This document shows positions 62,919 through 64,000 of a DNA stretch of 64,000 nucleotides, piece by piece; within the stretch, counting starts at the first letter, position 1; the number at the start of each line of letters is the position of its first letter. Source of the DNA: Escherichia phage OSYSP. The position numbers and the translations under genes are program-made. The notes below the pieces were generated by a model. It was not told the DNA's origin. It was given only the letters and a program-made list of their open reading frames with translations, and ran no database searches. The DNA is taken from sequence record MF402939. One strand, written 5' to 3'.

Positions 62919-64000
62919 TTAAGAATTTCCTAGTGTTTTTAGGCTAGCACCATTCTCATTCAGAGCTAGTTCTACTGCATCCCTCAGAGCACCGCTATTA
63001 CTAGAGGCGAACTCTCTAAAACTAGCAGCATCCATAGCACTAATATTCAGGATGATAGGTCTTCCTGAGATTGAATTAGAGGAATTTTTTAACTCATCAT
63101 TAGGTGTAGCTTTCATAGGAATCATAGGTGTAATTACTTCTGTACCATGTTCTCCCATCTGGTAGCTAACCCCTGGGTACATATTACCACCTTCGGCACG
63201 AGGCACAAATGAATTAGCATTACCAATACCTTGATCACCACGTATATAGGATAGTTCCCCAGCGTTAGCAGACATAGATACATCAATGTTCTTCTGACGC
63301 TCTCCAAGAGTTAAATAACTAGTAGTATCCGCTCCAGAATCTGCAATACTTGACATACTAGAGGCAGAGGATGCCTGCGCTAATGCCAGAGCACCTGCTA
63401 ATCCTGCCGCTACCATCAGAGGGATAGAGAACGGGTATGGTACAGCTGTTGCTGCCTGCATAACTGCTACTGCAGTTTGGATGATAATCTGCTTCTTAGC
63501 TGCATCTTGTTGAATCTTCAGCTTTTCAGCTTCTAGCTTCTTCAATTTAGCTTTAGATGCTTCTGATTTACCATCACGTTTCTGCTCCGCTGCGATAGCT
63601 GCATCAATAGCACTAACCTGCTGACTAGTACTGTATTGAATCATAGAAGCCACAGTTTGCATACCAGAAGCAATCAAGGAAGTAGTATCTAGAGATCCCT
63701 GAGAGAACTGAATCATAGCATTAGTTAAGTTACCCATACTTTGTGCTACTGCAGTTGCTTCAGAATTTAGCTCAGATAGCTTAGAGATTGCTTGGTCATA
63801 AGAAGCCATTCTATTTTGCATATCAGCAAAATCTTTATCTTCTCCAGATAATCCCGTTGTAGGAGTGTACACAGCACCTACAGAGGATCCTACCTGTTGT
63901 TGCATTTGAGCATTACGTTGCGCCGTTAAAGCAGACATTTGAGCCCTTGTCTTAGCTATTTCAGCATTCCAGCGCATTTGCTCGTTAGCATTACCTTTGG
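62919..64000 (-). CDS. tape measure protein, C-terminal part (gene continues beyond window end)
   Basis: Open on minus strand to the window edge; Ala/Gln/Ser-rich coiled coil and Gly-rich C-terminus; first gene of the tail module. Confidence 0.65.
   Translation of the reverse strand, partial: KGNANEQMRWNAEIAKTRAQMSALTAQRNAQMQQQVGSSVGAVYTPTTGLSGEDKDFADMQNRMASYDQAISKLSELNSEATAVAQSMGNLTNAMIQFSQGSLDTTSLIASGMQTVASMIQYSTSQQVSAIDAAIAAEQKRDGKSEASKAKLKKLEAEKLKIQQDAAKKQIIIQTAVAVMQAATAVPYPFSIPLMVAAGLAGALALAQASSASSMSSIADSGADTTSYLTLGERQKNIDVSMSANAGELSYIRGDQGIGNANSFVPRAEGGNMYPGVSYQMGEHGTEVITPMIPMKATPNDELKNSSNSISGRPIILNISAMDAASFREFASSNSGALRDAVELALNENGASLKTLGNS

Noticed and set aside
1-64000. Integrase, transposase or other mobile-element genes; rRNA
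   Set aside because: No ORF showed recombinase or transposase motifs and no rRNA-like sequence was seen; gene content is that of a virulent phage.

Overview
This window reads as a segment of a T5-like (Demerecviridae-type) virulent siphophage genome, judged from gene content, gene order and promoter architecture; no similarity search was possible. Four blocks are visible. (1) About 900-10050 and 13580-14230, minus strand: a dense tRNA cluster (about 28 tRNA or tRNA-like genes folded by eye) interleaved with small zinc-ribbon/Cys-rich ORFs, plus several ORF-free stretches that may hold further structured RNAs. (2) 10068-26865, mostly minus strand: early auxiliary genes (Toprim protein, SPFH protein, YqeY-like, secreted SleB-like hydrolase, receiver-like protein, DEDDh exonuclease, NADAR, RNase H, ThyA, DHFR, NrdB, NrdA, PhoH), interrupted by a plus-strand, GC-richer three-gene cassette of low-complexity proteins (10853-12475) with its own promoter and terminator. 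(3) 27227-53896, plus strand: NrdD, Sir2-like protein, HAD phosphatase, a 930-aa origin-binding-type helicase, split NAD-dependent DNA ligase, DnaB-like helicase, DnaG-like primase, family-A DNA polymerase, SNF2-like helicase, SbcCD-like nuclease, flap endonuclease, dUTPase. (4) 53954-64000, minus strand: tail module (L-shaped-fibre-like protein with tandem repeats and a C-terminal chaperone domain, collar-like, pb4-like, pb3-like hub, Dit, and the C-terminal part of the tape measure protein). More than 30 near-consensus sigma70 promoters with a shared downstream box and several intrinsic terminators are readable directly. The most unusual element is the plus-strand low-complexity cassette; other candidates are the GrcA-like, NADAR and Sir2-like genes, the hydrolase/receiver/YqeY operon, and non-canonical tRNAs. 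All coordinates and folds were derived by eye and may be off by a few nucleotides.
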